A stretch of 64,000 nt of DNA, from the NCBI RefSeq assembly GCF_006345805.1, contig NC_043004.1, positions 4,650,001 to 4,714,000 on the forward strand, read 5' to 3'. Of the stretch, positions 39,690-51,773 are shown in pieces (positions within the stretch are counted from its first letter, which is position 1; each line of letters starts with the position of its first letter). A program made the translations under genes and the position numbers. The DNA is from Octopus sinensis (taxonomy: Eukaryota). The notes below the pieces were generated by a model. The model saw nothing but the letters and a program-made list of their open reading frames with translations, was not told the origin of the DNA and made no database searches.

Positions 39690-40294
39690 GTATGAAATCA
39701 TCAGTACTGTCGTCATTTCATTTATATCTTTTTTTTTATGCTAGCATGGGTTGGCTGTGTATATATATAACACACCACACATGCACAGTCTGTTGTGAAT
39801 CAGGTATATTTTGTGGAAGTTTAAATAACAAAATGGCTCCATTTTCATAGAGAAGCATTAGTTGGTTTCATTGCCAAAGGGTTAATCATATTTTAATAGT
39901 TAGCTTTTTTTGCAATTGTTGCACAATGCACAATGCTGTTCGCTTGAATAATTAAATATTCATATAATTGGAGACAAATGTGAAAAATTGTTTTTCAACT
40001 TTAACTAATTAGAGCTCTGATTAGTGGGTTGTTTAGTATTTTATAAATTTTAATTGCTAATTTATAAATTTTTTTTTATGGCCTTGTGCCTATGTTAGAA
40101 TTTTTTATTTTATAAATTTTGGGTCTCATTCATTTCATTCATGCATTCGTCATCATTAAAAAAACATTAACTATGAACTAAGCTCTGGTTTATGAGAGTT
40201 TAGTTGATATGATACGATACCACATTGTGTTATTGAAAGATTGTGGAGCAAAGAAGGCAAGCAATGGTAACAGTAACAACAGCAATAATAATTT

Positions 40295-40500
40295 TTTCTA
40301 CTATCAACATAATACCTGAAATTTTGTGTGGGAGGGGACTACTTGATTATGTCAGCCCCACCGGTGCTTAACTGGTGCTTATTTTCATCATCCCCCAAAA
40401 GGATGAAAGGCAAAGTTGACATTGGCAGATTTTTAACTTAGACAGAAGAAATGCTGCTAAGCCTTTTACCTGACATGTTAATCTGCCAGATCATTGCCTT
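40295..40500 (-). mobile_element. SINE family B
   Basis: aaaggatgaaaggcaaagttgac central domain on the + strand. Confidence 0.75.
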
Positions 40501-40699
40501 CATATTACTGTATTTTAACATGTATAAGGAACCCTTTTTTGTCAAAAATTAGGTTTAAAAAATATGGGAGTTTCTTATACATGGATAGTGTTATAATTCC
40601 TTACAAAACCCTTTTCCCAAATTTTAAGCTCATAAAATTAGGGATTTCCTTATACACAAGGGTTCTTTGTAATTTTTACTTTGTTTTTCCAGGCTTGTA

Positions 40700-41490
40700 T
40701 GAATTGGACAGTTTTTCTCCAACATAGTGCTTTGCTGCTGGTTACATTCCTTTGTCATTTCTGTTGTGAGGCTCAGCTTTCTGAGATCAGTTTTTACTTC
40801 TTCCATTCATGTCTTCCTTAGTCTCTCTTTTCCACTGCTACCTTCCATATGAATATCTTAGCTCTCCTTTACCTAACTGCCAACATCTATATGAATCATT
40901 TCTCTATAAGAATGTAGTTTTCTCTCTTTCATGCTTCATCTGATTCCTCATATATCCAATGTTTGTTTCAGCTGTATTGTACTTTGTCATTCATATATAC
41001 ACTATCATTTTGCATTCAGTAAAACATCATTGCTCCATTTCACTACAACCTATGCACATGTTCTACATTCAGGGACCATGTAACATCTTATTTCACTACC
41101 ATGCTACATCTTACTTCATATATTGGCATAATACAGTCTACCTTTCTCTTGAAGTGAGGAACCCATTATTGCTAGCAGAGGTAATAGTTCTTTGAACTTT
41201 TCCCACCCTATTCTAACTCTTGATATTATGTTTTTAGAGCACACCACCTCACTGCAACTTAGGCTACATAGGTAACAAAAGCTATCAGTTATATCTCTGG
41301 ATCTTCCTGACTAATTAAATGAAATCCCCATGTGCCATTTCTCTTGTTCTCCTGTCACATATGAAGTCTTTCTTTACTGTTATCTTACCTGGGATGCCAC
41401 TATACTTTCTTGTGTATCAATAGTTTACATTTGGTACTGTTTGTAGAGATTTTAAGTGCTCTTTTTCTGTATATTGAGCATTGCCACTAC
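40700..41490 (-). pseudogene. Decayed RTE-clade LINE, 3' portion of the RT ORF
   Basis: Minus-strand remnants KELLPLL...GRLYYA...HGSE and GKERLRKT*MEEVKTDLRKLSLTTEMT resemble the RTE C-terminus (GRGRPRKTW.EVV..DL). Confidence 0.65.
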
Positions 41491-41504
41491 CTGTATCACA
41501 ACAT

Positions 41505-41945
41505 CATCATTTAACATCCACTTTTCCTTGCTTGCATGGGTTAGATGAAATTTGTTGAGGTGGACTTTCTGCAGATTGATATGTTTCCTGCTGCTAACAC
41601 TTGCCTGTTTCCAAGTAAGCTAATATTTCTTCATAGCCAGACATGTTTCTCATCAAAGACTAGAAACAAACAACTTCACTAGTATAATGATGATGAGGCT
41701 CATTTACAACCATCTTCTGATATCTAAACAAAGGCACACACACACACACGCATGCACACTCAGACATACACACACCACACCACCACACCACACCACACCA
41801 CACATAACACTCATACATGCATTCGCTGGGCTCCTTTCAGTTTCTAGGGCTATAGTAGAAGACACTTTACCTATGGTACTGCATAGTGGGGCTGAACTGA
41901 AGACCACATGATTGGGAAGCAAACTTCTTAACCACACGGCCATGC
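41505..41945 (-). mobile_element. SINE family A variant with (GAT)-type tail
   Basis: catcatcatttaacatccac...gcctgtttccaagtaag...gctatagtagaagacact...aaccacacggccatgc. Confidence 0.75.
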
Positions 41946-42033
41946 AGTAAAGTAATATTTTTTTTTGTTTGTCCTATGAAAAAAAAAAAAAAAGTAAATG
42001 AGTGAAATCAAGCTGGTGAGTGTGTTAAATAAT

Positions 42034-42257
42034 CTTTTCTAACCCTTTCTGCCATGGGCACATGGCCTGGATTTTGTAGGTAGGGAGACAGTCAATCACA
42101 TCGACACCCAATACTCAACTGGTACTTAATTTATCAACCCCGAAAGGATGAAAGGCAAAGTTGACTTGGGTGGAATTTGAACTCAGAACATAGCGACGAG
42201 CAAAATACCTCTAAGCATTTTGCCAGGCATGCTAACAATTCTGCCAGCTCACCGCCT
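42034..42257 (-). mobile_element. SINE family B, full-length with 17-bp target-site duplication
   Basis: tgagtgtgttaaataat at 42017-42033 and 42258-42274; minus-strand head aggcggtgagctggcagaattgttag, B-box-like gagttcaaattcc. Confidence 0.9.
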
Positions 42258-42368
42258 TGAGTGTGTTAAATAATAAGGCACTAAAAGAGAATGACTCTCC
42301 TTTGTAAAAGGGTTATCTTGTTATTTTGATGCTTCTTGTATATACATGATTTTTAAAATTTATTATAT

Positions 42369-42759
42369 AGGTGTAGGAGTGGCTGTGTGGTAAGTAGTTT
42401 GCTTACCAACCACATGGTTCCAGGTTCAGTCCCACTGCATGGCACCTTGGGCAAATGTCTTCTACTATAGCCTTGGGCTGACCAAAGCCTTGTGAGTGGA
42501 TTTGGTAGATGGAAACTGAAAGAAGCCCGTCATATATATGTATATATATATATGTGTCTGTGTGTGCATACGTTTGTGTGTCTGTGTTTGTCCCTCCAAC
42601 ATCGCTTGACAACCGATGCTGGTGTGTTTACGTCCCCGTAAAGAGACCGATATAATGAGTACTAGGCTTACAAAAGAATAAGACCTGGGGTCAATTTGCT
42701 CGACTAAAGGCAGTGCTCCAGCATAGCTACAGTCAAATGACTGAAACAAGTAAAAGAGT
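42369..42759 (+). mobile_element. SINE family A, full-length young copy
   Basis: ggtgtaggagtggctgtgtggtaag ... gaaacaagtaaaagag. Confidence 0.9.
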
Positions 42760-43590
42760 ATTTAAAAAATAGATATTTGGTATATACAACAGGGATTATT
42801 CAATGCTCACTATAATCTTGTGTTTAGTGTAGTATGTACATACTGTTTGTCTCTCTTTGGTTGAGGGAAATTTGTATGAGTGGTCAATATGTGAAAATGA
42901 TTGTAAAATAAAGGATCTTAAGACAAGTACAAGGCTGGTGGTGGTGGTGGTGGTAGTAGTGGTAGCGAGTGTGACGCTTGATTATTTCATTTATTTATAC
43001 CACTAATGTATCTAAGACATTATCACACGTTGTCACTCTCCTACAAATATGTAACTGTGTTAGCAATTGATATACTTACTTTTTTTTTTTTCATTTATAT
43101 ATTCGTGAAAATAAGATCTTGTATTTAGAAGGGTTATTATTGCAGTATAAGGAAGCGATAGGGATGAATGCCATCATTGTATGAAGAAATAGATGAAAAA
43201 AAAAGTTTGGCCAAGTCAACAAGGGCAAACAAATCTATGAAGTCTTTATGGGGGTTTGCTCAAACTACTAGAAATAGCAGCCAAATCTCCCTCAGCTCAC
43301 AATTTACCACGTTTACAAAAATAGAAAGACAGCTTGAATAATGTACTCTGAGACACACTGTGTTCAAAAAATTTTAAAAAGATTGGATAGTCACAGTCAA
43401 GATTTCTTTCACCATAGGCTTGATCAGGTCTAACTTGGGCAAAATAACAAAACAATGAAAAAGAAAATAAATGCAGACGTGGCTGTGGGGTTAAGAAGCT
43501 TGCTTTGCAACCATGTGGTTCTGGGTTCAGTTCCACTATGTGGCACCTTGGGTAAATGCCTTCTAACCTCTGGAAATTTGGTAGAAACCC

Positions 43591-43621
<31 letters not shown>

Positions 43622-43625
<4 letters not shown>

Positions 43626-43710
43626 TAAGCAATAAAGGGTTTAGCAACGAATTGCCTTACCAAGCAATAAAGGGTTTAGCAACGTTGCTAAACCCTTTAT
43701 TGCTTAGTAT
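43622..43710. repeat. 44-bp perfect palindrome (43662-43705) plus an upstream direct copy of the arm (43622-43648)
   Basis: aagcaataaagggtttagcaac|gttgctaaaccctttattgctt. Confidence 0.95.
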
Positions 43711-43921
43711 TACTTAAATTTTCCTCGAATGAGGCTTTTACATGCCGAAGACTACTTGGTGTAATTGATAATTATTCCAAATTAATTAATTTCACCCTTC
43801 ATTATTACGGATATATATATATATATATAGGGAGGGTTTAAAAAAAAAAAACAAAAGACGAAGACAGGTGGTGTACAAAACAAACATATGTATTAGTATA
43901 ACGCTCAGGAATAGAAAAAGT

Positions 43922-43957
43922 CTTTTACGTTTCGAGCCTATGCTCTTCTACCGAAAG
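43922..43957 (-). ncRNA. Minimal type I hammerhead-ribozyme-like motif (variant core) in a probable Penelope-like remnant (~43829-44020)
   Basis: Minus strand CUUU-CGGUAGA-A-GAGC-AUAG-GCUC-GAAAC-GUA-AAAG: stem I, stem II, GAAA and palindromic stem III are present; core deviates from CUGANGA. Confidence 0.55.
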
Positions 43958-44129
43958 GGACACAGAAAAAACAAGGAGAGAAAAATATTTGTGTAGTGGC
44001 TAACGATCTATCATGGCGTCTTATATATATATATATATCTTAATGTCAAACGAGAAAGGAGTGCTCAGTACATATTGTAAGGGATATGGTTTTTCTTTTA
44101 GTTTTATTAATAAAAAAGGCTATACATGC

Positions 44130-44376
44130 ATGAGTGTGTGTGTGTATTTGTGTCTGTGTTTGTCACCTCACCTCTGCTTGACAATTGGTGTTGGTTTGTT
44201 AACATCCCCATTACTTGGTGGTTTGGCAAAAACAACCAATGGAATAAATATCTGAGTATAAAAAAAAATTAAAAACAAATGTAACTCCTGGGGTCAAGTT
44301 GTTTGACTAAAATCCTTCAAGGCAGTGCCCCAGCATGGCCACAGTCCAATGACTGAAGTAAGTAAAAGACAAAAGA
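44130..44376 (+). mobile_element. SINE family A 3' half
   Basis: tgtctgtgtttgtc...gcttgacaattggtgttgg...gtgccccagcatggccacagtccaatgactgaa. Confidence 0.75.
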
Positions 44377-45830
44377 ATATTTTATATTAAGTAGGCTGTA
44401 ACACTGAAATGGAAAAATACTGCATGTTGTTATTTGAAATTAAATAATAATCTTGAAAGGTCTACAGACAGAAATAATTAGATATAGGACCACCCACTGC
44501 GACAGATCAGCATCCCATCCAGGGTAGGTGTTGTGCTGTAATCTCAGTCGCTTATTCACCATGGAAACTGGATTAATCTCCGACGTTATGAGTCCTTGGG
44601 CTCATGATAGATCTAAGAAGTTGGACCACCCACCAGGTCTCAGGGGCACCCGAAAAGAGATTCTATTAAATAATAATGTCAAGGCTAAGTCATCCTGGCT
44701 GGGCCCCATCCCATCTAAGGTTGTTGACTTATGGCTGAAATGACTAGTGGAAGCCAGATATTTTTTAGAGTCATGGTTATGGGAAGTAATGGCATTCATG
44801 CTATTTCCCAAGACTATTATAAATAGAAGTGAAATGAATTCAGAAGCCTGTAACCCCCCCCCCCCCAAAAAAAAAGAATCATGTCATCAACGTGGCTAGC
44901 CGAGTGCTCTCTCTTTTACTCTGCAACATTTGTAGACATATGGAAATGTAAAACTAAGTTAATTTAAAATCTGCAGTAGAAAGAGGAGGAAGAGGAGGAG
45001 GAATCGAGGGAGAGAAGGAAATTTTCAAGTAATATCCAATATCAGCTTGCCATTTAGAGTATGGTAACTATTCCAACAGTTCCATATTGTATCTCCTGAT
45101 AGGCTGAACTATAATAATAACTGCAGTTGTTGTATGTACTCTATTGACTGCATTCATTATAACCCACACGTTAACTCCTATCTGTCGTGATGCTTACTAT
45201 ATTATTTGTGGTTGAAATTAAGTTAAACTTTTGTCTTCTCTAAGATGTGTAATTATTATGTAGGATATTTGATATACTGGATCTGTGAACTCAAATAGCC
45301 GTTTTGCCGGAATTTAAATAGAATGAAAGGATTATAAAAATAAAAAAAAAACTTTATATATATATATACACTCTTTATATATAAAATGCAATTTGATATT
45401 TAGTTCAAACAGGAAATTTTCATCAATGTTGCAAGTTAGGAGAAAATAAGATTTACTTTTAAGACTTGTTCATGTATCACAGACCAGAGAAAGAGAAGAA
45501 AAGGAAGAGAAAAAAATATAAATGAAATGTGTCAATTCTATGGGTATTATAAACGTGAAGGATTTATATGTGGTGACATATTTAAATGATTGTACAGATT
45601 TATTCGTTTTATAATCTGATTTTAAAACTACAAAAAGCCATGTATGGGAGGCGGTGACGGTTGCTTTGGTGTTAGTGGTGTAGGGGAATTCAATTGTGAT
45701 GGTCTCAATGGGAACAGTAGGTCCTTAGCACCAGTAATTTCTCTTCTTTAACATCACCTTAGTCTATATTAAGAGACATAAAAACTCAGGGGAAAAATAG
45801 GAGGCTTGATCTAGTGCCATTTTCAAATTT

Positions 45831-45850
45831 GCCTCCTCCTCCTCCTCCTC

Positions 45851-45881
<31 letters not shown>

Positions 45882-45915
45882 CACCACTACCATCACCACC
45901 GCTGCTGCTGCTACT
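45831..45915. repeat. Compound trinucleotide microsatellite (CCT)n(ACT)n(ACC)n(GCT)n
   Basis: Direct inspection. Confidence 0.9.
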
Positions 45916-46449
45916 ATTAACAGTAATAAAGATAATCCTTTCTACAATAGGCACAAAGCCTTAAATTTTGGGGGCAGGGGCAAGTTGATTCTATCAATTC
46001 CAGTGTGTAACTGGTACTTATTTTATCGACCCCCCCAAACATAGTAATGATAATAATAAACACCACCACCACTGCTGTTTTTGCTAATACTACTACTACT
46101 ACTATCACCAAGTGCTGCCACTGCTACCACCACCACCTCCTGCCCTGTCCTTGTTTTTAGATCCTTTATTTTTTGAGTGATTTCACATACATGTTATTGA
46201 CCAATCATATAAATTTTCCACAACCAAAGCGAGATGAATAGTATGAACATATTACACTTTTCCTTCTTGACTACCTTCTCTTTCATTAATTTATTAGTAT
46301 CATTTGATCTTTGACATTGGACTAAGTAAATTTATCTTTTGTAAAAGGTGGTGCACTTATGAGCTGAGTGAAAGGTTTAGTATTTAAAGGTAGCAGCAGG
46401 TAATAATAGTATTAGTGGGCATAAATGGTTATCATCGTTACCATTTATT

Positions 46450-46832
46450 GTCTGCTTTTCATGCTTGTGGGTCAGATGGAATTTGTTGGCAGATTTTCTA
46501 TGATTGGATGCCCTTCTGTCGCCAAACTTCACCCACTTACAAGGTAATATTTTCCAAGGCCTGACATAGTTTTCTTTTTGTGGAAGACTGGGAAACAATA
46601 ACATTGCTTGTGTGATGGTGATGCTCATTTATAGCCATCATGTGATGTCAACCACACACACACACCGATATGCTTATGGTGGACTTCTTTCAGTTTCTGT
46701 GTACCAAATCCACTCAAAAGGCTTTGGTCAACCTGAGGCTATAGTAGAAGACACTTGCTCTAGATCTCATACCAGTGGAATTGAACTGATGACCATATGG
46801 TTGGGAAGTAAGCTTGTTAACCACATAGCTAC
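46450..46832 (-). mobile_element. SINE family A variant
   Basis: ttggatgcccttctgtcgcc tail module and cttctttcagtttctgtgtaccaaatccactca core. Confidence 0.75.
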
Positions 46833-47129
46833 GCTGAATGGATAATGTGTGTTGGGTGAAGGAAAAGTAATGTGCTGACAGTGAAAGGTAACTGTGGAAA
46901 AGAAAGACATGGGTGGGGGTACTGGAGTGTTCTGGTTCCCATTTTGAGATGTTTACAGCTTAGAAGGATGTTAAAATTTGTCGATATTTTTGGAGCAAAT
47001 TCTTTTATGTTTCTTCCCCTCTTCAAATACTGACCACTTAACAATGAAGTAGGAAAGGATGAATTTATTTGCAATCAAGCAAACTGAGAAAAGAGATCTG
47101 ATCCCTGTCTAATTTGCACAAAATTGCTG

Positions 47130-47406
47130 GGATCTTTTCCTTTTGAAGGGGGCGGTCAATGTTTCATCGTTTCGGGGTCAATAAATTAAGTACCAATTAC
47201 ATTGGGATTTCATTGGTTAAAATTCGAAGATGCTGGGATTTCATTGCTTAAAATTCGAAGAATTAAACTATGTTAAACTTACAAATTACAATTTTGTTTT
47301 CAATTTTGTTTACAATAATGTTTTCTTTTGACACATTCTACCAGTATATGAAGTTTCAAATTGTTTAGTTAACTAGAAAATTCCGTCCATCAAAAGGAAA
47401 AGATCC
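47130..47406. mobile_element. MITE with 17-bp TIR and 8-bp TSD, Merlin-like
   Basis: ggatcttttccttttga / tcaaaaggaaaagatcc perfect TIR; aattgctg at 47122-47129 and 47407-47414; GG termini with an 8-bp TSD fit Merlin. Confidence 0.85.
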
Positions 47407-47742
47407 AATTGCTGCTGTAGTAAGGTTTAAACTCTTCATCTTGTGCCTTTTCTATAAATGTAAAACTAATGTTGAATATTGCCTACTTGAGAAAGTTTGA
47501 CCACAGTAAGGCTCTTTTTGATTATTAAGATATTATCAATTAATGCTTGTAGGTTTTTAATATACTAACATATTATATGCAAGTTACAAAGTTGTACATT
47601 TAAAATGTGGCCTTTGAAATGGTTTGCCATCTTTTTAGGGCTCAAGGAAAATACCTGTGGGTATATCAGAATATTTTTATTTGTTGTTTCCATAAAAGAC
47701 AACATCAGATTGAATTCTCAAGATTGATGTTGTAGCAGCTGA

Positions 47743-47971
47743 TTAACCCTATAACATTTAAACTGGCAATATCCGTACCAAATATTTTACCAGTTTTATG
47801 TTCAAACTGACCAGATCTAGCCTCTTATACCTACCCTACAATGTCATTCTCAAAATAAGCAATCACATCATTGAAATCTTAAAGCTATGAGATAATACTT
47901 GATGAATTCAAAACAGTGCAAATAAAGAGGCATTAAACTTGACAGAGTAATTGGAAGATCCAAAGAGTTAA
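47743..47971 (+). mobile_element. piggyBac-like MITE
   Basis: TTAA-ccct ... agag-TTAA; homologous to the 682 and 25430 copies. Confidence 0.75.
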
Positions 47972-48315
47972 ATATTTGGCATAATCAATAAGTCAAGAGT
48001 TCATATGTTGCAAAAAGCTGTGATTTATAGCTAAACATAGATGAGCTGTCATCTTCTAAACTTATGTGATATGGTTTTGTATCTTGGCACTAGTTGTATA
48101 CAATACGATTCTTGAGCAAGTTACTTAACTCCATATTCTGTGATATTGATTGAAAATGGGCACTATTAGGTTATGTTTGTTATTAACTGCTATTTGAATA
48201 AATACCATGTATTACTGGATACATGATATTTGATGTTATAAGCTAAACAGATTAGAAAAGGGAAGCTTCATTTATAATTGATGATTTGAAATTTGATTGG
48301 TTATACAGCTGTTGG

Positions 48316-48550
48316 TGAAGGTATCTGGCTAAGTGATTAGGGTGTTGCACTCATGATTGCAAGATCATGATTTCAATTCCCAGGTCAGGTAGTGCATTGT
48401 ATTCTTGAGTTAAACACATCATTTCAACTTTCTCCAGTCCACTCAACAGAAAATGAGTAACCCAACAATGGACTAGTGTCTCATTAAGGGAGAATGTTGT
48501 GATCTTGGTCACTCATATACCATGGAAGCTAGGTGACCAGCCCTATGAAT
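48316..48550 (+). mobile_element. SINE family C
   Basis: tggctaagtgattagggtgttgcactcatg...catttcaactttctccagtccactcaac. Confidence 0.75.
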
Positions 48551-50311
48551 CTTACAACTCAAGACTGTAATGTCCAGCAGGACTTACTTTGCTTTATAAT
48601 ACTGCTGTTGATAGAATATCTTCATAATGTCTATTCTCGAACATAGCAAAGACAAATCTCAATCAGAATTGTTTCATCTCCAGGAAAAGAAAAAGAAAAT
48701 GTGTTGTGCATTTGCACAAAAACACACCTGCAAAAGCAATAAAAGCAGGTTTCTGCAACAACATTCAATACACCATGTACTGTGGATCAAAACTACATGA
48801 TATGACATGTATTCTCTGTAAAAGTAACAAAAGGAAATGATTATACAATATAGAGTATTAAAAATTAAAGAAAAGGAAGAAATAGGTCAAAGAAAATAAT
48901 TCCAGTAGCTAATATTAATCTTATATGTGCAATGATAACTGTAAGTTTATGCTTTAGTCAGTGTCATACTCAATAAATGTTTATTGTAAACTTAAGGTGG
49001 AGTACAAATCAGATTTCTTGGTCAACACATTTATTGCTTTGTTTACCTGAAAACTGGAATAATACAGTACTTTTGCTGCAGTAGACCCACCTCTTGCCCT
49101 TCACCCATTCTCTTATCCCTCTCTTTGCTCCCTTCTCTTTGTTAGTCGGGTTGGTAGTTACAGGTGCTAATTTCATTTCAATTCTTTTGCTTTAATATGT
49201 GCCATTAAATCTATTGCTGGCTATTATATCTTCCTAGCTCCTATTATCCTGACTTCTGGCTCTCATCCATACTCCACTTCCATGTTTGTCTTCATCTGAT
49301 CAAAGTGCTCCCCTGCTTTCTGCTTTCTTATTATTGAAGGCTTCTTCATATTTATAGCCATTATTTTAAGATTAACATCTACTTTCATCTCTCTCATTGC
49401 AGACTTGAATTGTATATATTTTTTATTTATCTGATGAGGAAGGATACTTAGCTCTCTTGCATATGAAGATATATATATATATATATAATGTGTGTATGTA
49501 TGTATATGTGTGTGTATGAACTATTAAACGTAGCAAATACCTTGTTGTGACCTTTTGTTTTATTTTCATTTGATATTTTTTTTATTTAGTATCATACATC
49601 TAGTCAAATTTGGGGATAATAACATGAAATGTTTTTGATCTACATTTAGAAATAGATCAAGGGAATTAAAGGTAAATAGAAAACTGTCTTCTATTTCCTG
49701 TATGAACACTTCCAGTTGTATGAAATTATCCCTCACCTCTCTCACACACACATCATTATCTGTTTTTTATTAATAATTAGCAGAAGTTATACAGGACTCA
49801 GAGTAGATAGATAATGCATTATCCATATGGCATTATGATTGTTTCTTATTCCAGAGCAATCCAAGGAAATACCATTATCACTGATATATAAATGTAAACC
49901 CCTTTGATTTGAAATGAATTTGATAAGTGTTAGTATATGAAAGTAGGGGGGTCCTTGAGTCACTCCGTAACTCCTGATTATTAATAATAAAAATATATAT
50001 ACTCGTGTTTTGAGTTTTATTTTCCTGTTTGGATCACCAAACCTATTTATCATCATCATCATTTAAGCTGGAGGGCTGCACCTGACTCCAGTCTGATTTG
50101 GTATGGTTTCTATGGCTGGATGCCCTTCCTAATGCTAGCCACTCAGAGAGTGTAATGGGTGGTTTTATGTGCCACCGGCATATATATATATATACTTTTT
50201 TTTCTGTGATATATGTTCTTCCATTCCTTTTGTTTGGAGGTCACCACTTATTCTCAGAAGACTTTCTAATTAGTAGTACTTCAGCGCTATATTAGCATTG
50301 ATGCAGTAGAT

Positions 50312-50782
50312 CAGGGGTGGGTAAACCTCCACGAGTACTTTCTATTGCACCCGCAGGCCAATATACTTGTATGTATAAAATATGATAAATTTTTCAATTA
50401 TAAAATTTATACAATAATTATATGCCTATTTGCGACATAGGACATGTTTCTACTATGACTTAAAATAGTTAGACTCAAATAGAAATCATCCGGTAATTGC
50501 CATTTGAATGGAAATTTTCTTTTCACTATAAAACACATATTGCTAGGTTTGCACTATCCCCCTGAGACCCAACTACACTTTAGCTGAAAAATATAGAATA
50601 CCGCATAAGTAATATAAATGTCCTAAATTCAGTGGCGGCGTTAATGAAGATGTTACATGTTAATTTAATGTGTTAAACTTATCTTTATTAATGTATATTG
50701 AATTATACAATTTGTGGTCCACACACAGACCTTTTTCATTGGAAATTTTTGTCCACCACACTAAAAAGCTTCCCCACCTTTG
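50312..50782. mobile_element. Non-autonomous hAT (Charlie-type) element
   Basis: Ends caggggtgggtaa / ttccccacctttg; 8-bp TSD cagtagat (50304-50311) vs cagtaggt (50783-50790). Confidence 0.8.
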
Positions 50783-51161
50783 CAGTAGGTCTATGATAAA
50801 ATATGTCACATCTGTGAACATTCCATCTTTTCTTTTTTCTGTTTTCAGATATAGGTATCCAGGATGTTGTTATTTATGTGTCTATTTTTAAGACAATAGC
50901 ACATAGTTCTAAGGATATTTGACTATGATTTCTTAGAAGTCAAATGACCATATAATGGTTCCCTTTTTGGTTTGCATACTTCTTTTGGCTTTCTGGTCAC
51001 TTGTTTTTATTGAGTGAGAATTCCTCTGATTTTTCTAGCACATCAAATATTTTGGTACTCTTCATCTAATTATTCTTTTATTCTTTTACGTGTTTCAGTC
51101 ATTTGACTGTAGCCATGCTGGAGAACTGCCTTTAGTCAAACAAAGATTTTGTTCTTTTTTC

Positions 51162-51211
<50 letters not shown>

Positions 51212-51214
<3 letters not shown>

Positions 51215-51420
51215 GGCAGCAAGCAGGCAGAGTCATGAGAAATGCTGGACAAAATGCTTAGCAGTATTTCGTCTGTCTTTACATTCTGAGCAAATTCCTT
51301 TTCATCTTTGTGGGGTTGATAAAATAAGTACCAGTTGAGTACTAGCGTCGATGTAATTGGCTAGCTCTCTCCCACCAAATTCCAGGCCTTGTGCCTTTAG
51401 TAGAAAGGATTATTTTTATT
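51212..51420 (+). mobile_element. SINE family B directly after an (ATT)n tract
   Basis: (att)n-aaggcagcaagcaggcaga...gaaaggattatt. Confidence 0.8.
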
Positions 51421-51773
51421 ATTATTTGACTTCTCAGAGCTCTTGACCTTACTTGCTCTGGTTGATTCTGTGAGAGCAGACAGCAGTCTGTTGTCAGAGA
51501 TCTCACAGGGTCTCTTTCCACAAATTATGAGCTTTGGTACTTTGATTTTAACTTATCTTGAAAGGCACTCAACACCGAAGCACCAACCTCAAAATTCTAT
51601 CTGTCCCCAACACACACACACATCTTTTAAATTCATTTATGGTAACTTTAAGAGTATGCATGTATAGCTCCTATTTCATTATGCCAGTTACCATCTAATG
51701 ATATTAACTAGTGTGTCAGTTTTTCAGGGTTGCATCATAGTTATTCCGATATAATGTAGGATAAATATAATAG

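Noticed and set aside
40505-40665. Possible Tc2/pogo-like MITE end (tactgtattttaacatgtataag with internal cttatac repeats)
   Set aside because: No matching second terminus found; too degenerate to call
42369-42445. tRNA-like sequences with A/B boxes
   Set aside because: SINE heads; no complete cloverleaf, and they continue into SINE bodies
45814-46044. Poly-Pro/Thr/Ala ORF resembling a mucin
   Set aside because: Compound trinucleotide microsatellite running into a SINE-B fragment
46900-46925. Partial similarity to miR-71 (gaaagacatgggt); also miR-2-like tatcacagcca at ~63708
   Set aside because: Only the 5' halves match and no precursor hairpin is evident; the second lies inside a LINE fragment
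49431-49530. CTGATGAG hammerhead-like box
   Set aside because: No downstream stem II/GAAA; interrupted by a microsatellite
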